Assembly (NCBI GenBank): GCA_048938105.1 | Contig: JBHLMN010000007.1 | Location: 160,001-224,000, forward strand | Length of the DNA stretch: 64,000 nucleotides | Direction: 5' to 3' | Origin: Promethearchaeota archaeon | GTDB taxonomy: Archaea; Asgardarchaeota; Heimdallarchaeia; Hodarchaeales; Hodarchaeaceae | Shown: positions 9,237 to 19,473 of the stretch, one piece after another | Position numbering within the stretch: the stretch's first letter is position 1 | How the letters are laid out: every line of letters starts with the position of its first letter | Program-made: the position numbers and the translations under genes | Notes under the pieces: generated by a model | Databases searched by the model: none | Told to the model about the DNA's origin: nothing | What the model saw: the letters and a program-made list of their open reading frames with translations, nothing else

Positions 9237-10505
9237 TTAAAATGGTTCAAACGTAAAAGGGGATTCTTTGGTCTTAAAAAGCTCATTTAGACTATTAAGA
9301 TATGTCTTATTAGTTATTTGAACTAATCCATATTCGTAAAGCTTTTTTAGATCAATAGTTCCCATTACTAGACTAGAAAACCGCGCAATGTCAATGGATA
9401 ATTCTACATTATAATCTTCTCCAACTGGAATCACTTTTGGTCTTCCTTTTTGAAAATGGATTATTAGTTGACTATCGTTTTCAGGTATGAATGAATCAAT
9501 GATGGTTAACTTCAATTTGATACTCTGGTTTCCAAAATTATGATCAGATAATAAATTAAAGAATTTTGAAGAATTAATTACTCTGTACATAATCCCTACT
9601 CCTTGAATGTTACTCTCCTGAAAGATATGAAAGATATTTTCATTACCTCGGCTTCTTGGTTCCATCAAAAAATGATGAAAATAATGATCGTGAGTATTAT
9701 AGCGAATTCGATGAACTTGATCTTGTTGAGTAGCAAGAAATGATAACAAGCCCAAGAAAGCTTGTGGTGATTCATAAATAAATTCCATAATGTGTAGATC
9801 ATGTTGAAGCCAACTCCCACCTTCCACACGTTTCAAACGAAAGGCTAAATAACCTACTAAAATATTATTTTCCCAATAGCCAATAATTTTCATTCTAAGC
9901 AATTGTTTAAAGGCATCACTTTCCTCTTCCCGTAAAATCATACCATGTGTTGTTGTTGCATATCTGTTAAAGCATTCTGAAATGGCTTTTATATCTTTAA
10001 TAGATAAATAGGATATATTTCCTTTTGTGGTTAATCGTAATGCTTTTGGTTCAAAACTGTATTGATTCATCTTATTTCCTAAACCATAACCCATCCTCGC
10101 ATAAAAATCTGGTGCAAATGGATATAAACATGTTAAACAATACCCACGATCGTAATAGTGTTTATGAGCAAATATCATTAGATCTTTAGCAACATGTTCT
10201 TTCTTATGTAGAAGATCAACGCACACTTCCCCTATTCCACCACATTTAACAATATTCTTTGAATATAAGTTCATTTCAAAATCGTATAGAATCATTCCTC
10301 CCAACAATTTGCTATCTTGAAAACATCCATAAAAATTCACTTTAGTATTTTCATCATTAGTTTTAATCCATTCAGCTTTTTTCTCTCTTTTCATATCTTC
10401 CGTAAAATTATCTGGTACTTGTCCAGGATATGCTCCTGCCCAAATATCTAAAAAAAAGTTAAAATCATTGTCAACTAACTTTCTAATTGTTCTTTTTTCT
10501 TTCAT
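9237..10505 (-). CDS. Eis-like GNAT acetyltransferase (tandem GNAT + SCP2-like domain)
   Basis: About 420 aa. GGIGEVCVDLLHKKEHVAKDLM and LYPFAPDFYARMGYG, plus a C-terminal SCP2-like IDIARFSSLVMG segment. Confidence 0.88.
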   Translation of the reverse strand: MKEKRTIRKLVDNDFNFFLDIWAGAYPGQVPDNFTEDMKREKKAEWIKTNDENTKVNFYGCFQDSKLLGGMILYDFEMNLYSKNIVKCGGIGEVCVDLLHKKEHVAKDLMIFAHKHYYDRGYCLTCLYPFAPDFYARMGYGLGNKMNQYSFEPKALRLTTKGNISYLSIKDIKAISECFNRYATTTHGMILREEESDAFKQLLRMKIIGYWENNILVGYLAFRLKRVEGGSWLQHDLHIMEFIYESPQAFLGLLSFLATQQDQVHRIRYNTHDHYFHHFLMEPRSRGNENIFHIFQESNIQGVGIMYRVINSSKFFNLLSDHNFGNQSIKLKLTIIDSFIPENDSQLIIHFQKGRPKVIPVGEDYNVELSIDIARFSSLVMGTIDLKKLYEYGLVQITNKTYLNSLNELFKTKESPFTFEPF

Positions 10506-10522
10506 ATGAATTTTCCAATCCT

Positions 10523-11119
10523 TTAACCTTGTAATGATGAGAATGTCACTCCTTTTTCCGTTATCATGATTATAGGGCTACTTATAGCTGCTGATAGTGT
10601 TATAACAAGTGTTTTTTCTGTCTGCTCCTTCTGGAAATGATGAACGTGTCCAGCTACTAGAATTGCTGGATGATATTGGTCAACAAGCTTTCTTATTTTC
10701 TTATTACCACAATGGGGAATCATTTTTGTATGAAATGGATCACTACACTGGTCTGCTAAACCGAATGCCGGTTCATGAGAAACTAAGACATCAAGATTTT
10801 TTGGAATAGAAACTGGTTCACATTGATAATCAATACCGAAGAATCGTAATCCAGTTAATTCCTTGAGTTTATCTAGATGATTGTTTAACCAGAAGAAATT
10901 TGGTATTCTCTCCAGTTTTTGATGGAGTTTTTCTTTCCCCCAGGTTTCTTTATTTCCTTTTATGCTAAAAAATGGCAAAGGGAATTCAAAATTATTGTGC
11001 GTTGGATATTGGTGATAGTTAAAGATATCTCCACAGCAAATACAAAGGTCAACTGTCTCTGCGATTTGAAATAACCTGGTGAAATCTCCCTCAAAATCAG
11101 TACTAAGAAGAATTTTCAT
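10523..11119 (-). CDS. Calcineurin-like metallophosphoesterase
   Basis: D-x-E, CGDI, GNKE, SHEP and GHVH motifs. Two canonical His positions are altered. Confidence 0.85.
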   Translation of the reverse strand: MKILLSTDFEGDFTRLFQIAETVDLCICCGDIFNYHQYPTHNNFEFPLPFFSIKGNKETWGKEKLHQKLERIPNFFWLNNHLDKLKELTGLRFFGIDYQCEPVSIPKNLDVLVSHEPAFGLADQCSDPFHTKMIPHCGNKKIRKLVDQYHPAILVAGHVHHFQKEQTEKTLVITLSAAISSPIIMITEKGVTFSSLQG

Positions 11120-11300
11120 TTTAATGACACATATTCATAAAATAATGTTTGTCTTGGACTTATAGAAGTTTTTTTCTAAAGATTCTCATCTCTTTATATG
11201 AACATCTTAATCGACTGTTTCCGTACTATATTAAAAGAATATCTTCTTTAATTTATCATTAAGACTCTGAGGAATTGCTAGAGGCATTAGATGATAGTTT

Positions 11301-12053
11301 ATGCTAAAGAAAAAAGAAATTGCTTTGTTAAATTCAAATGTTAAAAGCTGTTTTAATTGCAACCTTTCTAGAACCCGAAACAATCCCATTTGTGGAGAAG
11401 GAAACTTAAACGCAAAAATCTTGCTGATAGCACAAGCTCCAGGTATTCAAGAAGATAGCAAAGGAAAGATGTTTGTTGGTCCATCAGGTCAGGTACTAAA
11501 TGAGCTCCTGAAAGGAGCTAATATAAACCGAGAAGATATCTACATGACCAATTTAATAAAATGTATTCTTCCAAAGTATCGGAAACCAAAAGCAAAAGAA
11601 ATTACATCTTGTAGTCAATATCTAGATAGAGAGATTGAAATAATTAAACCACAAATCTTGGTACCTTTAGGATTCCGTGCAATAAGATATATTTTTACTA
11701 AATATTGTCAAGAAATTCCTTCAAAGGAGGAGTATAACACAATCTTTGGAAATCTCTATTTATCTCCCAATAAAAAAATTTTACCTCTTCCTCATCCTGC
11801 AACATTATTACATAATCCATCTAATATAGAGGAAGTAAAATATCATTATTATAAACTTAAAATCGTTTCAAAAGATTGTAAATGGTACAGAGTTTGCCCA
11901 ATAAAACATTTTTATGAACAAGGGAAAATCCCAAGCATCTGGGTCAAACTATATTGCAAAGGGGACTGGTCTAGTTGTGTTAGGTTCCACATGGAAGAAG
12001 AGGGAAAGTATCATTCTGATTATATGCTCCCAGATGGAACATTAATAGAATAA
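11301..12053 (+). CDS. Family 4 uracil-DNA glycosylase with extra Cys-rich C-terminal domain
   Basis: CxxCxL Fe-S motif, AQAPG, FVGPSG, TNLIKC and HPA, then CKWYRVCP...YCKGDWSSCVRF...MLPDG. Confidence 0.88.
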   Translation: MLKKKEIALLNSNVKSCFNCNLSRTRNNPICGEGNLNAKILLIAQAPGIQEDSKGKMFVGPSGQVLNELLKGANINREDIYMTNLIKCILPKYRKPKAKEITSCSQYLDREIEIIKPQILVPLGFRAIRYIFTKYCQEIPSKEEYNTIFGNLYLSPNKKILPLPHPATLLHNPSNIEEVKYHYYKLKIVSKDCKWYRVCPIKHFYEQGKIPSIWVKLYCKGDWSSCVRFHMEEEGKYHSDYMLPDGTLIE

Positions 12054-12134
12054 TTATACAATAGTAAAAATAATGCAAGAGTCCACCTACAAGAAACAAC
12101 TTATAAAAAAAACGATTAAGAGGGATTTTCTTAA

Positions 12135-13115
12135 TTACTCCCATAAATCAGTGCTTAAGTACTTCAAACCACTATCAGGTAGTAAAACGACGATAGTTTT
12201 ATCCCTTAAATCTCCTCTAAGTAATTGAAGTGCTGCAGCAACATTTGCTCCTGAAGAGAAACCAGTAAATATTCCTTCCTCTTTAGCTAACCGACGTGAA
12301 ATTTCAATAGCCTCATCATTGCTTATCTGAAGAAATCCATCTATTTGGACTCCTTTTAGGAACTCTAGATCAACGATTGAATATCCTCCTCCCTGGATTT
12401 TATGGTTTGTATTGCTAATTTTTTTACCAGCTAGGACAGCAGCTGTTTCTGGTTCTACAATATAACATAGTATCTTGGGATTATGTTCCTGTAAAGCCTT
12501 CGATACACCCTTAAAGCTCCCCCCTGTCCCAACGAAGTCGCAGAATGCATCAATTTCCCCATCAGTTTGTTCAAGTATTTCCCTGCCTGTATCTAGATAA
12601 TATGCTCTCCAATTACCATCCAAGATAAATTGATCCGCTCTAAAGGCATTTAATTGTTTTGTTAAGCGCTCTGCCTCTTTTTCAACAAGTTCCAAAGATT
12701 CTCCAGATACCTGTCCCGGTGGTGCGCCAGGTGCTTGATCAACAAGGACTACTTTCGCTCCAAAGGCTCTCATCATTCGTGCTCTTTCTTCTGTATTACC
12801 TTTACTCATTACTGCCACAAAAGGATAACCTTTTATAGCACAAACAATGGATAACCCCGTTCCAGTATTTCCACTGGTGAGTTCGATAACAGTTTGACCT
12901 GGTTTTAATGATCCTAATTTTTCTGCATCTTCAATCATTTGTAAACCAATTCTATCCTTTTTTGAATATCCAGGATTGAAATACTCTAGCTTAGCTAATA
13001 TACGTCCTTTAACGCCAGCATTAGCTACTAATCTTGAGAGGTCTACAAGTGGCGTTTGCCCAATTGTTTCTATAATTGATTTACAAATTCCTTGATTACG
13101 TTTCAAATGCTTCAT
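12135..13115 (-). CDS. Cysteine synthase-family PLP enzyme
   Basis: IGQTPLV, KLEYFNPGYSKKDR, TSGNTG, GTGG, GFSSGAN, DSGLKYLST. Confidence 0.9.
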   Translation of the reverse strand: MKHLKRNQGICKSIIETIGQTPLVDLSRLVANAGVKGRILAKLEYFNPGYSKKDRIGLQMIEDAEKLGSLKPGQTVIELTSGNTGTGLSIVCAIKGYPFVAVMSKGNTEERARMMRAFGAKVVLVDQAPGAPPGQVSGESLELVEKEAERLTKQLNAFRADQFILDGNWRAYYLDTGREILEQTDGEIDAFCDFVGTGGSFKGVSKALQEHNPKILCYIVEPETAAVLAGKKISNTNHKIQGGGYSIVDLEFLKGVQIDGFLQISNDEAIEISRRLAKEEGIFTGFSSGANVAAALQLLRGDLRDKTIVVLLPDSGLKYLSTDLWE

Positions 13116-13175
13116 CTTAAAATTGTCTTCCTAAAGAATAAGATTGTTATTGATTCTTAATAATATTTTAATTAT

Positions 13176-13772
13176 CTAAGAGAATTGATCAGCAATGCAA
13201 TCATAACAAAGAGTTATTTTTACATTATCTGGTTTCGTAATAATCTCTGCACATTCTGTACAAAAAAGTTTCAAACACTTCGAACATTTCATTATTCCAG
13301 GTACGCTTTTACAGCGTTGGCAATAATAATCGGAAGAGTCACTCCCTAATTTTATTACGAGTGATTCCAAGATTTTTTTTATAGTTTGAGGGTTTTTAAT
13401 TACGCTAGAATTAACCCAAAATCTTTCAGTGAGTTGAGGAAAATCCTTTTCTACCAATTCAGAAGGAAGGAAGTCTTGCAGCGAATTTGTCTCAACAAGA
13501 TCAAGATCAATCCTCCAAGTCGCTTTTGGATAGACAAAAACATATTTTCGACCTTTAATCTTTATTTCTAATAACCCAATTAATCCTGCTTCTTCCAGTG
13601 CGGTTAAATGAAAATCAAGCCCTGCTCTTTGAAGATTAAAATGAGTGATTAAGTCAGTTTTAATTAAGAATTTTTCGTTTGTAATATAGTTAAAGATTTC
13701 TAATCGTTTCTTGTTAGAAATTGCTTTTAATATCGGTTCAAGAGAAGTGTTGGATTTCATTCTTGTACACAT
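13176..13772 (-). CDS. ArsR-type HTH regulator with C-terminal B-box-like zinc finger
   Basis: LKAISNKKRLEIF...HLTALEEAGLI, followed by CxxC-x7-CxxC-x4-CxxC...CxxC. Confidence 0.8.
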   Translation of the reverse strand: MCTRMKSNTSLEPILKAISNKKRLEIFNYITNEKFLIKTDLITHFNLQRAGLDFHLTALEEAGLIGLLEIKIKGRKYVFVYPKATWRIDLDLVETNSLQDFLPSELVEKDFPQLTERFWVNSSVIKNPQTIKKILESLVIKLGSDSSDYYCQRCKSVPGIMKCSKCLKLFCTECAEIITKPDNVKITLCYDCIADQFS

Positions 13773-13968
13773 TTATATAAAACTTTTAGTCTTAGTAATT
13801 CAACGATAAGTAACTTAAAATCATATTTTTATTAATCATTGGTTTGGGTAAAAATAATTTTACGTTAAGTTGTTCACATTGGTTAACTTTTTTTTAACTG
13901 TTCCAATAATAAGCTTAAAATACTTTTTACTGTCAAAACTTAAATGTCCTAATTTTAAAACTTAAACA

Positions 13969-14673
13969 GTGAGAATAATGAGTGAACTAATTGTTGAAAT
14001 TGATTCTCTTTCTAAGGATTATCAAAGTGGTGAGATCACTGTCCGTGCTCTAAGTGGTGTGGATTTAAAGATTAAAAAGGGGGAATTTATAGTAATTCTT
14101 GGGCCTAGTGGTTCTGGAAAAACCACGCTACTTAATTTAATCGGCGGAATTGATGTACATACTAGCGGATCAATTAGAGTCAATGCTAGAGAAATAACGA
14201 AGTTAAAGGAAAAAGAACTTACTGAATTTCGTAAAGAAGATGTTGGTTTTATATTTCAATTCTACAATTTAATTCCAACACTCACCGCAGTTGAGAACGT
14301 CGAATTAGCTGCTCGACTGAAATTCTCACGACGTTTGGCTTTTAAGAAATCCTTACAGATGTTAAAAACCGTTGAGATGGAGGACAAAGCCCATAAATTT
14401 CCTTCACAACTTTCAGGAGGAGAACAGCAACGGGTTGCCATTGCACGAGCTCTTGTTAAAGAACCAAAGATAGTTTTAGCAGATGAGCCCACTGGAAATC
14501 TTGATACAAAAACAGGAGAGAAAATATTAACTGAAATGTTAAAAATTTGTAAAGAGAAAGGTACGACGTTCTTGATAGTTACACATAACGTTTCAATTTC
14601 AAAACTCGCAGATTATATTATATATTTGAAAGACGGTCAAATTTTCGGTACCTCAAAAGGTCAGTCTGAATAA
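13969..14673 (+). CDS. LolD/MacB-type ABC ATP-binding protein
   Basis: GPSGSGKT, LSGGEQQR, DEPTGNLD. Paralogue of 6867-7559. The start may be the ATG at 13978. Confidence 0.96.
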   Translation: MRIMSELIVEIDSLSKDYQSGEITVRALSGVDLKIKKGEFIVILGPSGSGKTTLLNLIGGIDVHTSGSIRVNAREITKLKEKELTEFRKEDVGFIFQFYNLIPTLTAVENVELAARLKFSRRLAFKKSLQMLKTVEMEDKAHKFPSQLSGGEQQRVAIARALVKEPKIVLADEPTGNLDTKTGEKILTEMLKICKEKGTTFLIVTHNVSISKLADYIIYLKDGQIFGTSKGQSE

Positions 14674-14685
14674 GGAGGGTCAATT

Positions 14686-17109
14686 GTGTTATTCTTAAGG
14701 AAAATTGTACGAGATCTTTGGAAAAATAAGGCTCGATCCTTACCTATCATCGTTCTAATAGCAGTTAGTCAAACTGCCAGTATCCTCTACATTGAAGCAG
14801 GGGTATTAATGGATGTCAGCTGGCATAAATATTTCCAAGAAGGAAATGTAGGAGATGTTTGGGTAGATACAGTTCCCATATCCCCAGCTATTTTTAATGA
14901 ATCAGTTATTTCTCAATGGGAAAACTCATATTCAATCACAGCAATTCAACCACGTTTATATTTTAAAGGTCATATTTTAGTACAAAATGAGAAGGTGCCA
15001 GTTGAAGTTGTCTCTTTTCCTTTAAACAATTCAGAATCAATCAACAACATCATAACAAAAGATGGAACATATTTTACAAATTATTTCGAGACCAAGAATG
15101 GAGTATATATTGAGCAATCGTATTTAGAACTACATGACCTTGAGGAAACAAAAGAAATTCCGCTTACAATTGATTTTGGAGCTGGATCAAGAGATTTAAA
15201 TCTTACATTATTAGGAGGAGCCTTTAGTCCAGAATATCCAATGAAAGCAGGTGAGGGAGGATCTCAAACACAGTTTGAATTTTCAGCAACCTTTGCTCAA
15301 TACTTGACAATGAGCATTTTTCTAAGGACGGACTATCTACAAGAAGAATTATTTCAAGGCCAAGAAATCTATAACCAAATCTGTATTTCCATTACTGACA
15401 AAAGTGAAGTAAATTCTTTTATTCATTATCTAGAGACAGACAAATCACCTCTAAATATATACACTATTGATGTGAGGAAATATCCCGCGTTAATCGAAGA
15501 TATGGCCTTTCTCATGATTTGGGTTGGATTTGGAGTGGCCTTTTTCTTTCTCCTAATTTCCATGTTTTTAACTTATACGGTGGTCAATCGATTTATTGAT
15601 GAGCAAAAACCTCAGATTGGAGTTATGAAATCATTAGGATACTCTAACAGGTATATTTTGACAAGGAATTTGTTATATGGAATTATTTTAGGTTTTATAG
15701 GTTCTATTCTTGGGATTCTTATTGGAGGATGTATTGGAATAATTTTTGGAGATTTTGCACTAAGATCTTGGCTCTCGATACCCTATATTGTGATTGTTTT
15801 ACCAATCAAAGAGTCCTTCCTAATGTTGAACATGACACTAATAATTTCAACATTTTCATGTTATATCTCTGCTCGTCGAATCCTACGAATTTCACCTCGG
15901 GCTGCTATCCAACCAGTCATTCATGAAAGAAATATTACTACCTTTATTATAGAAGATATTTTTAAGAAAATATTACGATTTCGTCTATCTATACCCGCTA
16001 AATATTCCATTCGCAATGTTTTCATTAATCCCAAAAGAACTCTAACAACAATTTTCTCATTACTCATGGCTGTTGCTCTTGTTGGAGGAATTTTAACGAT
16101 AGTTGCGAGTGTTTTCGAAGGGGGTTCTCTAATGTTTGAATCAGAAAATTGGGATGCTCAAATCACTCTTACATATGCTCAAGAATTTGCAGAAGTTGAA
16201 TCCGACATTTTAACTCAATTTCCTAATCCTGAATCAATCACTCTAGAACCTATGTTAATTCATATAGCTTGGATAAAAGATCTCACTGACAATTCTTGGA
16301 CAAAAATCACATTTACTGCATTAGTTCCCAATCCTAGCTTAAAAATCTTTAACACAATCCCTACGGGATTTTCAAGCGAAACTTCGGCAATAGTTTCGCC
16401 AGACCTTGCTAAACAACTAAAACTTGAAGTTGGAAATAGCTATACATTACGTGGGATAAATGGAACCCAAGAGGAAGTTATTATCCAAAAAATTCTTGCA
16501 GAACATCATGTTTCAAGTTTCTATATCCCTATTTCTTTAGGAAATTATCTATCATTTGGAAATAACACAAATGAGATGGTAAATGGGGTTCTTCTCGCGG
16601 GCCTGTCATCTGAGGATGAAATTAAACCATTGACTAGAAATTATTCTGTAATCTTAAAATCTGATCTAATAGAACAAACAGAATCTTGGCATATGACAAT
16701 GAGTTCAATTCTATTTGTTATACTATTCCTAGTATTAATTATTGCTGGGATGATTATCTATGCGATTATGTCTATTAGTATTGCAGAACGTAAGGATGAT
16801 CTCACCATAATGCGATCAGTAGGTACCCAGAATCAGAATATTTACCTTTGGGGATTACTTGAAGTCATAATTTACTCACTATTGGCAAGTGTAGGATATT
16901 TCATTGGATTCTTCATATCAGTTTGGTATATGGACATTCTTCAACAACTTATGCAACAACCGCAAGGAGTATTCAACCTATCATTTACTCACTATCTCTT
17001 GTCTTTGGGCTTTGGATTTGTTGCAGCAACATTAGGCCAATTCTTCGCATTACGTTATGTCCTAAAACAAAGAATAGCTACAGTTACAAAAGAAAAGATG
17101 TTTGGCTAG
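14686..17109 (+). CDS. MacB/FtsX-family ABC permease
   Basis: EQKPQIGVMKSLGY and ERKDDLTIMRSVG motifs, duplicated 4TM architecture, GGAGG RBS. Confidence 0.92.
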   Translation: MLFLRKIVRDLWKNKARSLPIIVLIAVSQTASILYIEAGVLMDVSWHKYFQEGNVGDVWVDTVPISPAIFNESVISQWENSYSITAIQPRLYFKGHILVQNEKVPVEVVSFPLNNSESINNIITKDGTYFTNYFETKNGVYIEQSYLELHDLEETKEIPLTIDFGAGSRDLNLTLLGGAFSPEYPMKAGEGGSQTQFEFSATFAQYLTMSIFLRTDYLQEELFQGQEIYNQICISITDKSEVNSFIHYLETDKSPLNIYTIDVRKYPALIEDMAFLMIWVGFGVAFFFLLISMFLTYTVVNRFIDEQKPQIGVMKSLGYSNRYILTRNLLYGIILGFIGSILGILIGGCIGIIFGDFALRSWLSIPYIVIVLPIKESFLMLNMTLIISTFSCYISARRILRISPRAAIQPVIHERNITTFIIEDIFKKILRFRLSIPAKYSIRNVFINPKRTLTTIFSLLMAVALVGGILTIVASVFEGGSLMFESENWDAQITLTYAQEFAEVESDILTQFPNPESITLEPMLIHIAWIKDLTDNSWTKITFTALVPNPSLKIFNTIPTGFSSETSAIVSPDLAKQLKLEVGNSYTLRGINGTQEEVIIQKILAEHHVSSFYIPISLGNYLSFGNNTNEMVNGVLLAGLSSEDEIKPLTRNYSVILKSDLIEQTESWHMTMSSILFVILFLVLIIAGMIIYAIMSISIAERKDDLTIMRSVGTQNQNIYLWGLLEVIIYSLLASVGYFIGFFISVWYMDILQQLMQQPQGVFNLSFTHYLLSLGFGFVAATLGQFFALRYVLKQRIATVTKEKMFG

Positions 17110-17294
17110 AAGGTATCATAACTGTAGATTCAACGTTATCAGAGAATCCAGATTGAATCGGTAATACCATGCTTCCCTTTTAAGAATTTTATCAGATTTA
17201 TTGATTATTCAAACAACCTAGGTGTTAACAAACACCCCTCATTGTGTGATTATCTACTCAAATTATCTTTTATGAAAAATATACTGAAGAATAG

Positions 17295-17855
17295 GTGGTG
17301 ATTGAAATTATTTTTCCGAATCAAACTCCAGCTATTTTTCTTCCTGAATTTATGGTTCTAATACTCTGTGAAATTGCCCTTTTCTGGTTTTTTATGCCTA
17401 AACAATCCCTTAGACAGATATCTCCTATGATCGTGGCAATTAATCTCATCAAGGTAGGAGCTTTCAGTTTAATTACGCCAGTTTTTCATCCATATTCCTT
17501 TTATTATAATCCATTAATTGAGATCACTATTTTGATCGTTATTGGAACAATTTTTTCCACAATAGTCTATGAACGTGAACAGGTTGAGCTTTCCCGTAAT
17601 CAAGCAAGTTCTATCGCCTTTCGTGTTACAAGTCTTTCTACTTTTAGTTACATTAGTCTGAAATATTATGATTTTCAACCTTCCTACATCTTATTAGATT
17701 CATCAGGGTGGAGATTACCTGAATCAATGGCATCAATACAACAACCATTCTTAGTACCTAATATTTTATTGCTTATCGGACTCGTTATTGGGTTATTAAT
17801 GATCTTTTTCCGTTACAATAAAAAGAATTTAACAACTTCCTCCTCTATTCCTTAA
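17295..17855 (+). CDS. Hypothetical membrane protein
   Basis: About 5 hydrophobic segments. Confidence 0.6.
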   Translation: MVIEIIFPNQTPAIFLPEFMVLILCEIALFWFFMPKQSLRQISPMIVAINLIKVGAFSLITPVFHPYSFYYNPLIEITILIVIGTIFSTIVYEREQVELSRNQASSIAFRVTSLSTFSYISLKYYDFQPSYILLDSSGWRLPESMASIQQPFLVPNILLLIGLVIGLLMIFFRYNKKNLTTSSSIP

Positions 17856-18098
17856 GTGTACTCTATTGCAGTTAGTTTAACGATTCTTGATCCCCTTAAA
17901 GACATTCTTAATATCTTTGGCTATCATCTTTCTTTTACTTTTTTCAATAAGGAATTTTTCCCCTGTTTGTAAACATGATGGAAACACGTGTTTATCGGGA
18001 AAAAAGAAATTTACGACCAATGTCAGGTATATTCAAATATTATCTTCGTTCTTCTATCTATCTTCTATCATACACGGGTAATAATAGATTTTTTCTCT

Positions 18099-19343
18099 CT
18101 ATATTAGTAAAAGTACAAGCCAGTAAGCTCCACACAGAATAAGAAGAAGAAATGATAGAATTAGGATTGTAAACCCGTATTTAGCGAAGAATCCTGGAGA
18201 ATATAGTTCTGGTAGACCGAAATGTTTTAATGGCTTATTTTCATCAAAAATCATTTCAATATTACGTTTTTTCAGGTCTTCGAAAAATAGATCAGGGGCA
18301 CCAGCAGGTAGAGCTTCTGGGGGGAGAACTCCAGTTCCAGTTATTTTTCCTTCTGCATAAAGGTGGGCTGCAATAGCTGCAGGGTAACCTGTAAGTTTGC
18401 CCATGGTGATACTTGGTGTACAATAAACCCAATGGACTGGACTATCCTTATAGGTTCCATGAATATCTACACGTACTGAAGACGCAGCAACTCCCCCAGT
18501 CGCAAAGAGCTTCTCTGTCGCATGAATAACTCTTGCCCAAAATTTTTGGCGAGATTTACCTTGGATCAGATGGAGTTGCTTAAACGACTCTAAAAACTTA
18601 TTATTCCAATCAGGTGTTAATCCCCCCTTGAGTGTGCACTCTGTAACATTAGGTAAAAATCTGGGAATTGTAACTGGTTCTGGATGACCACAATCAAAGA
18701 CACTCACTGTTTTTAGAGGTAGTGGAAAATCTATTTTGATATTTCCTTTCCCAGCAGGCGCGTCTATAAATTTTCCATCTTGATAGGATGGGAAACTCCC
18801 AGTTACAGCATAATAAACGTGGAGGATAACTGCAAATCCCTCGGAATCTGCAGCCCCTCCCGCCCATGCTATATTCAGTTTTACAGGACCACGATCTAGT
18901 TTGTTATATGCCTTTAACGCCATGAGGTTAGACAAACCAGGAGTCCAACCATATCCAAGAAAAATAGGAACATTGGCCTCCTTAGCAGCAGCATCCATTT
19001 CAAGGACTTCTTGGGTTGGATCAGGATCATCACAAATATCTACAAGCGGAATCTTAGCTTCAATTGCTGCACGAGCGATTTTTGGGCCGAAAAAATAAAA
19101 AGGGCCAATTGCAGAACATGCGATTTCATAGTGCTTCATTAAATTAACCATTTCGTCATGATTGGTAGCATCAACCTTAATAAACTCTAAGCGTGAATCA
19201 TTCAGCTGAGACATTATTCTCTTGGCCTTTTTTTCATTAATATCAGCAATAGCTATTTTAGTCCATATTGTACCAAATTTAACAGCATCTTTGACAATGT
19301 AACTACCCATATCCCCAGCTCCACCTAGAATTAGTAATTTCAT
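18099..19343 (-). CDS. Saccharopine dehydrogenase-like oxidoreductase with C-terminal TM
   Basis: LILGGAGDMG, SAIGPFY, GWTPGLSN, GHPEP and a hydrophobic C-terminus. Likely start MKLLIL at 19343. Confidence 0.85.
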   Translation of the reverse strand: MKLLILGGAGDMGSYIVKDAVKFGTIWTKIAIADINEKKAKRIMSQLNDSRLEFIKVDATNHDEMVNLMKHYEIACSAIGPFYFFGPKIARAAIEAKIPLVDICDDPDPTQEVLEMDAAAKEANVPIFLGYGWTPGLSNLMALKAYNKLDRGPVKLNIAWAGGAADSEGFAVILHVYYAVTGSFPSYQDGKFIDAPAGKGNIKIDFPLPLKTVSVFDCGHPEPVTIPRFLPNVTECTLKGGLTPDWNNKFLESFKQLHLIQGKSRQKFWARVIHATEKLFATGGVAASSVRVDIHGTYKDSPVHWVYCTPSITMGKLTGYPAAIAAHLYAEGKITGTGVLPPEALPAGAPDLFFEDLKKRNIEMIFDENKPLKHFGLPELYSPGFFAKYGFTILILSFLLLILCGAYWLVLLLI

Positions 19344-19473
19344 GATTGTCACCACAAAAATACGAATTAGAATATTCATATAACCAGTTAAATTAAACAT
19401 TTTGTTCTCATAGTATTTATTCTTTTAATATAGTTAATGACAGTAAATTGCGCTAGAAAAACCTGGTGTTCTC

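Noticed and set aside
17887-18081. 64-aa ORF with a hydrophobic N-terminus
   Set aside because: TTG start, no RBS or motifs, in an AT-rich gap. It cannot be supported as a gene.
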